64,000 nt of DNA from an uncultured Phycisphaeraceae bacterium (GTDB lineage Bacteria; Planctomycetota; Phycisphaerae; Phycisphaerales; Phycisphaeraceae). Below the pieces are notes generated by a model. The model was not told where the DNA came from, did not search any database, and saw only the letters and a list, made by a program, of their open reading frames with translations. Within the stretch, counting starts at the first letter, position 1. Every line of letters begins with the position of its first letter. Shown one piece after another: positions 28,373 to 36,637 of this stretch. Position numbers and translations under genes: made by a program. The stretch is from contig CAZYPK010000004.1 of the NCBI GenBank assembly GCA_964649195.1, positions 8,000 to 71,999 on the forward strand. Direction: 5' to 3'.

Positions 28373-30295
28373 CGGGGGCGCCGGTCGCAGGCGATAGCGG
28401 TTGACCACGTACCAGTTTCGCAGCAGGTCAAGCTGAAAACGAGCCAGTTCGTTGTCGGCCCAGATCCACAGCCGCGGGGCGTCATCGGGCAGGTGGTTTT
28501 CCAGCACATACCACCAGCGATCGACATCGAGCATTCGCAGGAGCTCGGGTCGCTGGTCGCCGCGCGGGGTGAGCAGCCGTTCGAGCGCCAGCGGGTCGTT
28601 GCGGTGGAGCAGGGCGAGCAGGACGGTGCCGGCGGGCAGGTCTTCGCGGAGGAGAAACTGATGGGCCCGGGCGGTCATGTCGGCGATGGCGTGTACGGGC
28701 TGGTCCTGCATCCACAGGGCGAGCTGGATGATTTCGATGACGCCGGTGCGGCCGGCGAAGTCGTCGGCCATGCGATGCAGCAGGCCGACCTCGTTGCCGG
28801 TGAGGCCGATGAGCATCGCGGCGGAAAGCTTCGCCTCATCGTGATAGCGATAGACCGGTTTGAGCGGATCGCCCTTGAGGTCCAAGGGCGCCAGCAGGGT
28901 GCGAATGAGCCTGGCTGTTTCGTCGGCGGGCAGCCGCCTGGCGGCCAGCGAGACCGCCTGATCGCGGATCGCCGATTTCTCGCTGATGCACAGCGGCAGA
29001 AAATCCTCGCCGGCCGGCGCAGCCATCGCCCGCAGAATGGCCAGGTGAATCTGCTCATGCACATCCGGCGGCGGCTTGAGCGTCGAAAGCGGCGCACGCT
29101 TTTGGGCATGAGCTTCGGGGATGCCTTCGATGGTCGCCAGCCACGCGACGGGATCATCGGCGATGGTCACGATGTCGCTTTGCCTGATGGCCGCGTCGAT
29201 GAGCAGCGTGCGATCTCGAAACAGGCAGGCCAGGATCAGGGGGCGAAGGTTGACGTTGTCATAATCCTCGCGCCTGCACTTGGCAAGGAAGCGCACCAGT
29301 GCCGTGTAACCCGGATCATCGCTTGCGGGCGGGGCCTGTCCCGGTTGAAGTTCACCGGATCGCGGCGCCAGGGGCAGCGCGAGGATCGCCCGCCAGAAAG
29401 CCACCTGGTTGTCATCGTTGACCGCGGCGGGGCCTTGATCGAGAAAGGCGATCAGCGCGGCCCGGGCTTCATCACCGGCTGCAAGGCCCAGGGCGTAGGC
29501 GGCCATGGCGCGAACGCGCGGCGAAGCGGCGGCATCGTTGAGCGCGGCAACGGCGGCGGCGCGGCTCTGCGATCGGTTACGCAGCGAGGCCCACAGCATG
29601 GCCTCGGCGACATCAGGATCGGTCAGGTGAGCGGGGGTTGACGGCGGCTTGATCGGCAGCCCGATCAGTTGCGAAAAAAGATACGCATGGCGGGCCACGA
29701 TGGCGTGCGGATCATCGGTCAGGCACGAGAGCATCGATTCATAAACGGCGGCGGCCTGAAGGTTCCTCATGGCCACAGCGGAGCCGCGCATCTCGGCCAG
29801 GCAAACCAGGGCGTTGTACCGCACCGTCGGATCGACATCGGCGGCAAGCTGATAAAGGAGCGATTGCACACGCTCATCGCCGGCGTGTTCGGGCAGATCC
29901 GCGACAAGCTGCATGCCTCGTATCCGCTCTTCGGGATCAACATCGCGCACCACGATGCCCAGCCACCGCAGCCAATGGTCCGGCGGGATGCGATCGCGGG
30001 TCCAATAGCCCAGTTGGTCGAGCGTGATCAGCAACTCGTGGAAGATCGTTTCATCCTCCACCTTCAGCCTGGCAATGGCCCCTTCGACGACCGCGGGATC
30101 AGACTCGGCCCGGCGAAGCAGATAGGTCTGCCCGGCGGCGCGGATCGAGGCATCGTCGCTCTGGAGCTTGTTCAACTGCATCGCCCGATGCACCGGCGGC
30201 AGAATCACCCTGGCCAGCGGCACCGCCAGCGTCGTCACGATCAGAACGCTGGCGACGAAGAGGTGCCAGTTTCGCTTTTTGGGATGATGAGACAT
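28331..30295 (-). CDS. HEAT/ARM-repeat protein with N-terminal membrane anchor, hypothetical
   Basis: Start set at the ATG at 30295 (MSHHPKKRNWHLFVASVLIV), because the upstream part of the ORF is palindromic repeat. Repeats include DPTVRYNALVCLAEM and SPRVRAMAAYALG. The last 7 codons are supplied by MITE R3 copy 2. Confidence 0.7.
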   Translation of the reverse strand: MSHHPKKRNWHLFVASVLIVTTLAVPLARVILPPVHRAMQLNKLQSDDASIRAAGQTYLLRRAESDPAVVEGAIARLKVEDETIFHELLITLDQLGYWTRDRIPPDHWLRWLGIVVRDVDPEERIRGMQLVADLPEHAGDERVQSLLYQLAADVDPTVRYNALVCLAEMRGSAVAMRNLQAAAVYESMLSCLTDDPHAIVARHAYLFSQLIGLPIKPPSTPAHLTDPDVAEAMLWASLRNRSQSRAAAVAALNDAAASPRVRAMAAYALGLAAGDEARAALIAFLDQGPAAVNDDNQVAFWRAILALPLAPRSGELQPGQAPPASDDPGYTALVRFLAKCRREDYDNVNLRPLILACLFRDRTLLIDAAIRQSDIVTIADDPVAWLATIEGIPEAHAQKRAPLSTLKPPPDVHEQIHLAILRAMAAPAGEDFLPLCISEKSAIRDQAVSLAARRLPADETARLIRTLLAPLDLKGDPLKPVYRYHDEAKLSAAMLIGLTGNEVGLLHRMADDFAGRTGVIEIIQLALWMQDQPVHAIADMTARAHQFLLREDLPAGTVLLALLHRNDPLALERLLTPRGDQRPELLRMLDVDRWWYVLENHLPDDAPRLWIWADNELARFQLDLLRNWYVVNRYRLRPAPPVPPVSKPPAGSSK

Positions 30296-30374
30296 CGGAA
30301 ATACACGCGGAGACACGACAAGGATAGCAGGCGGAGGATGACAGGGTAACGATTCCGGGCAAGCATAGTCCGAT

Positions 30375-30615
30375 GGGAGAGGGGAAGGCACGAAGGCACA
30401 GAGGCACGAATGCTGAATGCTGAATGCTGAAGGGGGGGGAAATGGCCAATGACCATTGCAAATTGCAAAATGCAAATTGAAGAGAGGCAGACGCGCATCC
30501 CCAGGTGATCGGTTGCCCGCTCCGCCATTTTGCAATTTTCACTTTGCAATGGTCATTGGCCATTTTCCCCCCTTCAGCATTCAGCATTCAGCCTTCGTGC
30601 CTTCCCTCTTCCCCT
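30375..30615. repeat. Long imperfect palindrome with heptamer-periodic arms
   Basis: One arm is GGCACGAATGCTGAATGCTGAATGCTGAAGGGGGGGGAAATGGCCAATGACCATTGCAAATTGCAAAATGCAAA. The other is TTTGCAATTTTCACTTTGCAATGGTCATTGGCCATTTTCCCCCCTTCAGCATTCAGCATTCAGCCTTCGTGCC. Confidence 0.85.
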
Positions 30616-30801
30616 GATCGCTCCGTCGGCTCAGGTCCGAACCCGGTTATTCCACGGAAGAAGGCGGGGCGCCGCGGGATTGGCAAATTGCGGGGGATAT
30701 TTGGCCGATGACAGATTGGAATGTTGTCACCGGCGCGAACCCGTTTCGCCCGGGGGGCGTATCGTTGGGAACCACCTTGCAACACGTTTGGAGTCGAGAA
30801 G

Positions 30802-32049
30802 ATGATGCCCTATGCCGCCACAAACTTGAATGCCTTGCTTCGTCGCCTCGTGATCCTGCCGCTGCTGGCGCTGGCCCTGCTGGCGCTGCCCGGCTGTTTC
30901 ATTCTTCCGCTGGAGCCCAAGACCAAGGGCGCGGCGACGGATCAGTACCGGCTGGAGATGGAGTTCCTGCCCAACGCCCGCATGGTGCGTGAAGACACCA
31001 GCCCGTGGTGGGATCTGGGACGCATGGCGTTTGTCGAGGGCACCGATCGCATCATCATCCTTGGCCGCACGACCTCCTACGCGGACAAGGATGAGGATCA
31101 CGAACCCATTCCCGACACGATGCGCGACCGCAAGCTCGAGCGCGTCTGGGTCACCATCCGCAGCGATATTCCGCTGGGCAAGGCTCAGAAACTGGAAGAC
31201 ATGGAAATCGAATTCCTCACGGGGTACGATGTGAACAACCTGGACTCCAAGGGCTTCTTCAACGGCCCGGCCCTGATGAAAGGTTTCATCAACCTGGTCG
31301 AGGAATCACCGGACAACGTCGTGGTGATATTCGACATGGAAGTTCGTCCCAACAAGCCGTTCCAGGCTGAGAACTGGAAGATCGAAGGCAAGCACACGAT
31401 TCCGGTGATTCCCGAAGGGCGCATCGCCACCCGGGCGGTTACGCGCGATGTGACGCAGGCGGCGGAGCAGCCGGTCCCGGCCGTATCGGTGGCGAGTGTG
31501 CCCGCCACGCCGGTCGCCGCGCCGCTGGTGCCGCCTGCGATTGGCAACGGCAACGCGGGCGGCGATGCTCAGCCTGCCGCGGATGTCGGCAACACCACGC
31601 CCGTCGTCGCCAAGGAACTGCCGGTCAAGTCGGTCGTTGGCCGGTGGTCGTATGACACGCCGGGCTTCGACTATCGCTTTCAGTTCGAGGACAACGGGAA
31701 GTTCATCTACTCCAGCACGCGCGGCGATGGCGTCAATGACGGCTACGAAGCGATGATGGTGTCCGGTTCCTACGAAGTGAAACGCAACAAGACTTCCGAG
31801 TGGGTGGTGCTGGTGATCGATCGCGACACCTTCGGCGGCTTCAAAGGCGAGGATCGCACGGCGCTGCTGAGGCTCGAATGGAACGGGGACAATCCGATCC
31901 TCACCGGTGAACACACCATGACGCGCTCCAACAAGGCGGTCCGTTTCGCCTGCAAGCCGGGCGGATACCAGGACATGAACAAGGTGCTGCCCCCGCGCGG
32001 TCGCCGCAAGGACCTGCCCCCGGAGCCGAATCCCAAGCCGTTCTGGTGA
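30802..32049 (+). CDS. Hypothetical lipoprotein
   Basis: Signal peptide with lipobox LALPGC starting at the ATG at 30802. 415 aa with no family recognised. Confidence 0.7.
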   Translation: MMPYAATNLNALLRRLVILPLLALALLALPGCFILPLEPKTKGAATDQYRLEMEFLPNARMVREDTSPWWDLGRMAFVEGTDRIIILGRTTSYADKDEDHEPIPDTMRDRKLERVWVTIRSDIPLGKAQKLEDMEIEFLTGYDVNNLDSKGFFNGPALMKGFINLVEESPDNVVVIFDMEVRPNKPFQAENWKIEGKHTIPVIPEGRIATRAVTRDVTQAAEQPVPAVSVASVPATPVAAPLVPPAIGNGNAGGDAQPAADVGNTTPVVAKELPVKSVVGRWSYDTPGFDYRFQFEDNGKFIYSSTRGDGVNDGYEAMMVSGSYEVKRNKTSEWVVLVIDRDTFGGFKGEDRTALLRLEWNGDNPILTGEHTMTRSNKAVRFACKPGGYQDMNKVLPPRGRRKDLPPEPNPKPFW

Positions 32050-32203
32050 TCGAGGTTTTTTGAAGTCCAACGATCCAATAAGCCCCTAAGCCCCGCCCGG
32101 AAGGGCGCGGGCCAAGGGGTGCCCGATGAACATTTTGTTGACGATACACGCTGTGGATCGATCACCCCTTGGCCCGCGCCCTTCCGGGAGCCTGAGAACT
32201 TTT

Positions 32204-32322
32204 GGGTGGCTGGGGCTGAAGGCTCTGCGCAAGCCCCGGCCCAAGGGACCATCAGCGATCAGTTGCCTCACCTTGCTTTGTGCGCCTGGGCCGGGGCTTC
32301 GCGGACTCAGCCCCAGCCACCC
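32204..32322. repeat. Repeat family R4 palindrome (GGGTGGCTGGGGCTGA ... TCAGCCCCAGCCACCC), copy 1, nested in outer inverted repeats 32079-32366
   Basis: Arms GGGTGGCTGGGGCTGAAGGCTCTGCGCAAGCCCCGGCCCAAGG and CCTGGGCCGGGGCTTCGCGGACTCAGCCCCAGCCACCC. Confidence 0.8.
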
Positions 32323-32389
32323 GGACCCCCGGAATAAGTTCTCAGGCTCCGGGCGGGGCTTATTCGAAGTTCAGGCTCGGACATTGCCG

Positions 32390-33715
32390 TCACGGCTTCA
32401 CCGGCACCGCCACGCACCGGGCCACCTCCCTGCCATCGTCGGTGTTCCATATCCGCACTTCACCATCGTGACCGCCTGATGCGGCGCGCCGCGTGGCCGG
32501 GTGCAGGGCGATCGCGTAAACGAAATCCTGATGGCCGTCGAACTGCTTCAGCGGCTTGCGGTCCCCGGCGTTGAACAGCCGCACCGATTTGTCGGCGGAG
32601 CAGGCCAGCAGCGCATCGCCATCGCGGATCAGTTCATAGACCTCGCCGCCCAGGCCCATGTCGCCGATGCGCTTGGAATCGCCCAGGTTCCAGAGCATGA
32701 TCCGTCGGTCCCGTCCGCCGGAATAAACCTTGTCGCCGTCGGGATGAAACGCCACCGCATGCACCTGGTCGTTGTGGTCGAGGTAGCCTGCGATCATTTC
32801 GCCTTGCCTGGTGAGGTCGAAAGCCCTGGCGGTCTTGTCGCGGCTGGCGGAGGCGAGCTTCGTGCCGTCGTGACTGAAGGCCACGGCGCTGACCCAGTCG
32901 GAATGGTTGGAGATGGTGAGTGTGGGTTCGTAAGACTGTCCATCGAACAGGCGAATGACGCCATCGCCGCCGGCGGTGGCGATGTGCCTGCCATCCGGGC
33001 TGAACTTCACATCGAACACGACATCGGTCGCGGTGTGGAGCACGTGCTTCACCTTGCCGTCGGCCAGTTGGATCAGGCGGACCTCGCCCGATTCGCCGGG
33101 CGTTCCACCGGCGACGGCAAGCGTCCGGCCATCGGCGCTCAGCGCCAGCCCGTGGATGCGCTGGGGCATGTCGCCGATGCGGCGCTGAAGCGCGCCATCG
33201 GCGGGGCTGCGAAGAAGAAGCTCGTGGTAGCCGCCGATGATGAGCGTTGAACCGTCCGCGTTGAACAGCATCGCGGTCACAGGCAGCGGCCGGGCATAGC
33301 TTTCGGGCGCGGCGGGGTGTTCGACGCGGGGCAGAATCTCCATCAGCGGCAGCTTCACATCGCCGCCGTCGTATTTCGCCCCTTGCTCGATCCACTTCTT
33401 CACCCGTGCGATCTGATCCCTGGGCAGCGGATCGGCCTTCCTGGGCATGCGCTCATCCTGGTCATCGACGATGAGCAGACGATACAGCTCACTTGCATCA
33501 GGCTTGCCAGGAGTGACCGCCGGTTCCTCGCTGGAGCCGGGTTTGAGGAGATGCTCGAACGTGTCCAGCCGGTATTTGCTTTTTGCCTCCTTTGCACCGT
33601 GACAGCCCTGGCAATTCCTGACCAGCAGAGGTGCGATGTGACGGCGAAAGCTGATCGCATCCTCAGCGAAGGCGGGGGAAGGAAGAAGAAGACAAAGGAG
33701 AATGATCCATCGCAT
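32390..33715 (-). CDS. Planctomycete-type cytochrome c domain (PSCyt1) plus WD40 beta-propeller protein
   Basis: Signal peptide and a CQGCHG heme-binding motif, followed by DERMP. Multiple WD40-like repeats (SPDGRH, SHDGTK, HPDGDK). Confidence 0.85.
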   Translation of the reverse strand: MRWIILLCLLLPSPAFAEDAISFRRHIAPLLVRNCQGCHGAKEAKSKYRLDTFEHLLKPGSSEEPAVTPGKPDASELYRLLIVDDQDERMPRKADPLPRDQIARVKKWIEQGAKYDGGDVKLPLMEILPRVEHPAAPESYARPLPVTAMLFNADGSTLIIGGYHELLLRSPADGALQRRIGDMPQRIHGLALSADGRTLAVAGGTPGESGEVRLIQLADGKVKHVLHTATDVVFDVKFSPDGRHIATAGGDGVIRLFDGQSYEPTLTISNHSDWVSAVAFSHDGTKLASASRDKTARAFDLTRQGEMIAGYLDHNDQVHAVAFHPDGDKVYSGGRDRRIMLWNLGDSKRIGDMGLGGEVYELIRDGDALLACSADKSVRLFNAGDRKPLKQFDGHQDFVYAIALHPATRRAASGGHDGEVRIWNTDDGREVARCVAVPVKP

Positions 33716-33738
33716 GTTGCGTACTCAAGTTGGCATGG

Positions 33739-33778
33739 ATAAGAGCCGCGACTCAACGAGTCGCGGAGATGAACAGTC
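33739..33778 (+). repeat. Repeat family R2, solo end E
   Basis: ATAAGAGCCGCGACTCAACGAGTCGCGGAGATGAAC. Confidence 0.7.
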
Positions 33779-33779
33779 T

Positions 33780-33862
33780 GGACTTCCCCACTCCCGGTGG
33801 GCGCGGCGAAAGGACGGCATAATGCTGTCCTTTCGCCGCGCCCACCGGGAGTGGGGAAGTCC
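33780..33862. repeat. Perfect 36-bp-arm palindrome (83 bp)
   Basis: GGACTTCCCCACTCCCGGTGGGCGCGGCGAAAGGAC, then GGCATAATGCT, then GTCCTTTCGCCGCGCCCACCGGGAGTGGGGAAGTCC. Arms verified base by base. Confidence 0.9.
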
Positions 33863-33976
33863 AATTGGTTATTATTTATTCGTTATTGCTTATTTCTTAT
33901 TGAAGGGACGATGGACAGCGGCGAAGGCTGCTCCCCCAATAAGCAATAAGCAATCATCAATAAATAATAACCAATT
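33863..33976. repeat. AT-rich heptamer-periodic inverted repeat
   Basis: Arms AATTGGTTATTATTTATTCGTTATTGCTTATTTCTTATTG and CAATAAGCAATAAGCAATCATCAATAAATAATAACCAATT around a GC-rich 35-nt centre. Confidence 0.85.
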
Positions 33977-34087
33977 GCCTTTCCTGTCCCCTGTTCCCTC
34001 CGACTTCCGACACCCTCAGCCCGTTGGCTACAATGCCGGGTGTCGCAGGAGTTGATTGTTCCTGCCTTGCAACTGAAAGGTGCTCGA

Positions 34088-35026
34088 ATGTTTCATTTTC
34101 AGGTGTTGTTTTTCTTGCGCAGCTTCCTCATCGCGGGGCTGCTGCTGATCGCTTCCGGGTGCAGTCAAGCCGATGCGCCCAAAGTCGGCGGCCCCGTGGA
34201 AGGCAAGCGGCTCGATGGCGCGCAGGTCGCCGATGCGACGGCAGAAAAGAAAACCACCCCCCCGGAAGCCCCGGAAACCCCGGAAACCAACCTCCCCGAA
34301 AATGAGAAGAAGAAGCGCGACGAATGGCGCGACAAGAAGACCGGCAAGCCGGATGAAAATGATCCGATCGCCCAGGCGAACATCACCCTTCGCCCCAGCC
34401 TCGATCCCAACAAGCAGATCGACAAGAACGCCGCCGACCCCGCCGCGAAGAAGCCGGAGAATCCCACCGATCTGGTCAAGCCGCTGCTCGACCCCGACGC
34501 GGAGAATCCCTTCTTCGATCCGAACAACCCCGACTTCATTCCCGCCGACCGCAACCGGTACAAGACCTTCGACATCGGGAAGCTCGAAAAGAGCGGTGGC
34601 CATCTCGTCGTCCCTTTCATGGATCTCTCAGGCTTCCCGTACACCGGCATGGTCGGCGCCCCGGAGCCGGCCAAGGATGGCAAGGAACCGGCCAAGCCTG
34701 AGTTCACCATTCCCGACGCCATCAAGGCGCTCGACGGCAAGCAGGTGGTCATCGCAGGCTACATGATGCCCATCGATTTCGAGGACGGCGGCACGAACGA
34801 GTTCGTGCTCACGCGGCAGGTCCCCTCCTGTTTCTACTGCGTGCCTCCGCAACTCAACGACTGGGTGGAGGTGAAGATGAAGGACGGCAAGCGCGTGCCT
34901 TACGTCCCCGACGGGCTGATCGAACTCTACGGCGTCATCGAGGTCGGCGAAATGAAGGAGGACGGCTTCGTCGTCAACATGTACCGCATGACCGGCACCA
35001 AGATGATCGAATCAAAAAAGGAGTGA
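34088..35026 (+). CDS. Lipoprotein with C-terminal DUF3299-like domain
   Basis: Lipobox IASGC, a low-complexity K/P/E linker and a C-terminal GKQVVIAGYMMPIDFEDGGTNEFVLTRQVPSCFYC block. Confidence 0.7.
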   Translation: MFHFQVLFFLRSFLIAGLLLIASGCSQADAPKVGGPVEGKRLDGAQVADATAEKKTTPPEAPETPETNLPENEKKKRDEWRDKKTGKPDENDPIAQANITLRPSLDPNKQIDKNAADPAAKKPENPTDLVKPLLDPDAENPFFDPNNPDFIPADRNRYKTFDIGKLEKSGGHLVVPFMDLSGFPYTGMVGAPEPAKDGKEPAKPEFTIPDAIKALDGKQVVIAGYMMPIDFEDGGTNEFVLTRQVPSCFYCVPPQLNDWVEVKMKDGKRVPYVPDGLIELYGVIEVGEMKEDGFVVNMYRMTGTKMIESKKE

Positions 35027-35728
35027 AGGCCCCCGGTCATCGCTCTCCTGCACCGGCGGTGCGATGCACTTTTCCCCTTCGTTTCGCGGGCTGTTCACGC
35101 AGGTCCCCACCGGTGTGGCCTGAAGCAGCGCCGCATCGCAAGGCTTGAGCAGGTCCAGCACATGGGCAGGCTCCTGCACCCTGGTGTCCAGCCAGCGGTC
35201 GTAATCGGCAGGCGAAAGAATCACCGGCATGCGATCGTGAATGGTCGCCATCAATTCGTTGGCCTGCGTGGTGAGGATCGTGCATGACTCGATCTCCTCG
35301 CCGCCGGGCCCCTGCCAGTGCTCCCACAAACCGGCGAAGGCGAACAGTTCATCGCACGCATGGCGAATGTAAATCGGCTGCCGGATGCGCGAACCCGTTA
35401 CGTGTCGCCATTCATAAAAGCCCGTCGCGGGCGCCAGACAACGACGATACTTCATCGCACCCCGGTAGCCCGGTTTTTCAATGGCGGTTTCGCTGCGGGC
35501 GTTGATCATGCGGTGCGATATCGAAACATCCTTCGCCCAGCCGGGAATCAGCCCCCAGACCACATGGGTCAGTTCGCGCTGAAACGTGTGCGCGTTCCGG
35601 CGCACGATCACCATCGGCTGCGAAGGGGCGATGTTGTAGCGGGGGAACAGTTCAACCGGATCGCCGCTGAGCCGAAAGTGGCGGGCAAGCATGAGAGACG
35701 TGGCGTTGAGGGCGTATCGACCGCACAT
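35012..35728 (-). CDS. SOS response-associated peptidase (SRAP/YedK family, abasic-site processing)
   Basis: N-terminal MCGRY catalytic Cys2, NARSETA and GFYEW motifs. Confidence 0.92.
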   Translation of the reverse strand: MCGRYALNATSLMLARHFRLSGDPVELFPRYNIAPSQPMVIVRRNAHTFQRELTHVVWGLIPGWAKDVSISHRMINARSETAIEKPGYRGAMKYRRCLAPATGFYEWRHVTGSRIRQPIYIRHACDELFAFAGLWEHWQGPGGEEIESCTILTTQANELMATIHDRMPVILSPADYDRWLDTRVQEPAHVLDLLKPCDAALLQATPVGTCVNSPRNEGEKCIAPPVQESDDRGPSLLF

Positions 35729-35764
35729 GAAACAAGTTCCGATTTTCGGGGACTGTGTTCCCGG

Positions 35765-36526
35765 CTACATCGGCGGACGCGCGGCGTGTCTGGGATCGAT
35801 GCCCACGCGCGTGCCTTCGGCGGTGTGCTCGGTGGCCGGCGTTTCATGCGCCTTGTCGCGCTGAAGCGACTTTTTCCGCTCGTGGCAGACGCTGACAATC
35901 CTGATCGCTTCCTCGATGCTGTCGGTCACACTGAACAGGTCCATGTCCTGCGGCGAAATGCTGCCATACTTGCCGAGCATCGTTTTCTTGAGCCAGCCCA
36001 CCAGGCCGTCCCAGTAGTCGTGCCCGATGCAGACGACGGGGAACGGATCGATTTTTCCGGTCTGGATCAGCGTCATGGATTCGAAGAATTCATCCATGGT
36101 GCCGAACCCGCCGGGGAAGATGATGAAGCCGCAGGCATACTTGACGAACATGACCTTGCGGACGAAAAAGTAGCGGAAGTCGAGGGAATAATCGCCGGAC
36201 AGATACGGGTTGGCCTGCTGTTCCATCGGCAGGCTGATGTTCAGGCCGATGGATTTGCCGCCCGCCTTGTAGGCGCCCTTGTTGGCCGCCTCCATGATGC
36301 CCGGCCCGCCGCCGGTGATCACCGAGAAGCCGGCCTTGACCAGTTGCCTGCCGCAGTCCACCGCGCCTTTGTAGTACGGATCATCAGGCTTGGTGCGGGC
36401 GGACCCGAAGACCGAAACGGCCGGCCCCACCTTGTTGAGCTTCTCAAAGCCATCGACGAACTCCGAGAGAATGCGAAACATCCGCCAGGTGTCTTTGCTC
36501 AGACGCAGGTCATCTTCCAGGGACAT
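35765..36526 (-). CDS. LOG family / TIGR00730 Rossmann protein (nucleotide phosphoribohydrolase)
   Basis: GGGPGIMEAAN and PGGFGTMDE motifs. Start set at the ATG at 36526 (MSLEDD). Confidence 0.88.
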   Translation of the reverse strand: MSLEDDLRLSKDTWRMFRILSEFVDGFEKLNKVGPAVSVFGSARTKPDDPYYKGAVDCGRQLVKAGFSVITGGGPGIMEAANKGAYKAGGKSIGLNISLPMEQQANPYLSGDYSLDFRYFFVRKVMFVKYACGFIIFPGGFGTMDEFFESMTLIQTGKIDPFPVVCIGHDYWDGLVGWLKKTMLGKYGSISPQDMDLFSVTDSIEEAIRIVSVCHERKKSLQRDKAHETPATEHTAEGTRVGIDPRHAARPPM

Positions 36527-36637
36527 GGTGAGATTCGCCTCAGGTGAAAAAGTTCGGACCAACGACAACCGCATCGTGAATACGGACGCTGCACGGATCA
36601 TCGTGCATCGGCTTGCACGAGGCAAATGGAGGATGAG

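Noticed and set aside
27958-28404. ORFs reading through repeat blocks. Examples are 27958-28404, 28010-28285, 30099-30587, 32126-32479, 45271-45708, 12360-12779, 13453-13656, 16069-16299 and 9508-9729.
   Set aside because: Their sequences are dictated by tandem heptamers or palindrome arms, with periodic peptides such as PSAFSIQ. The same DNA is open on both strands. They lack RBS and coding-type composition.
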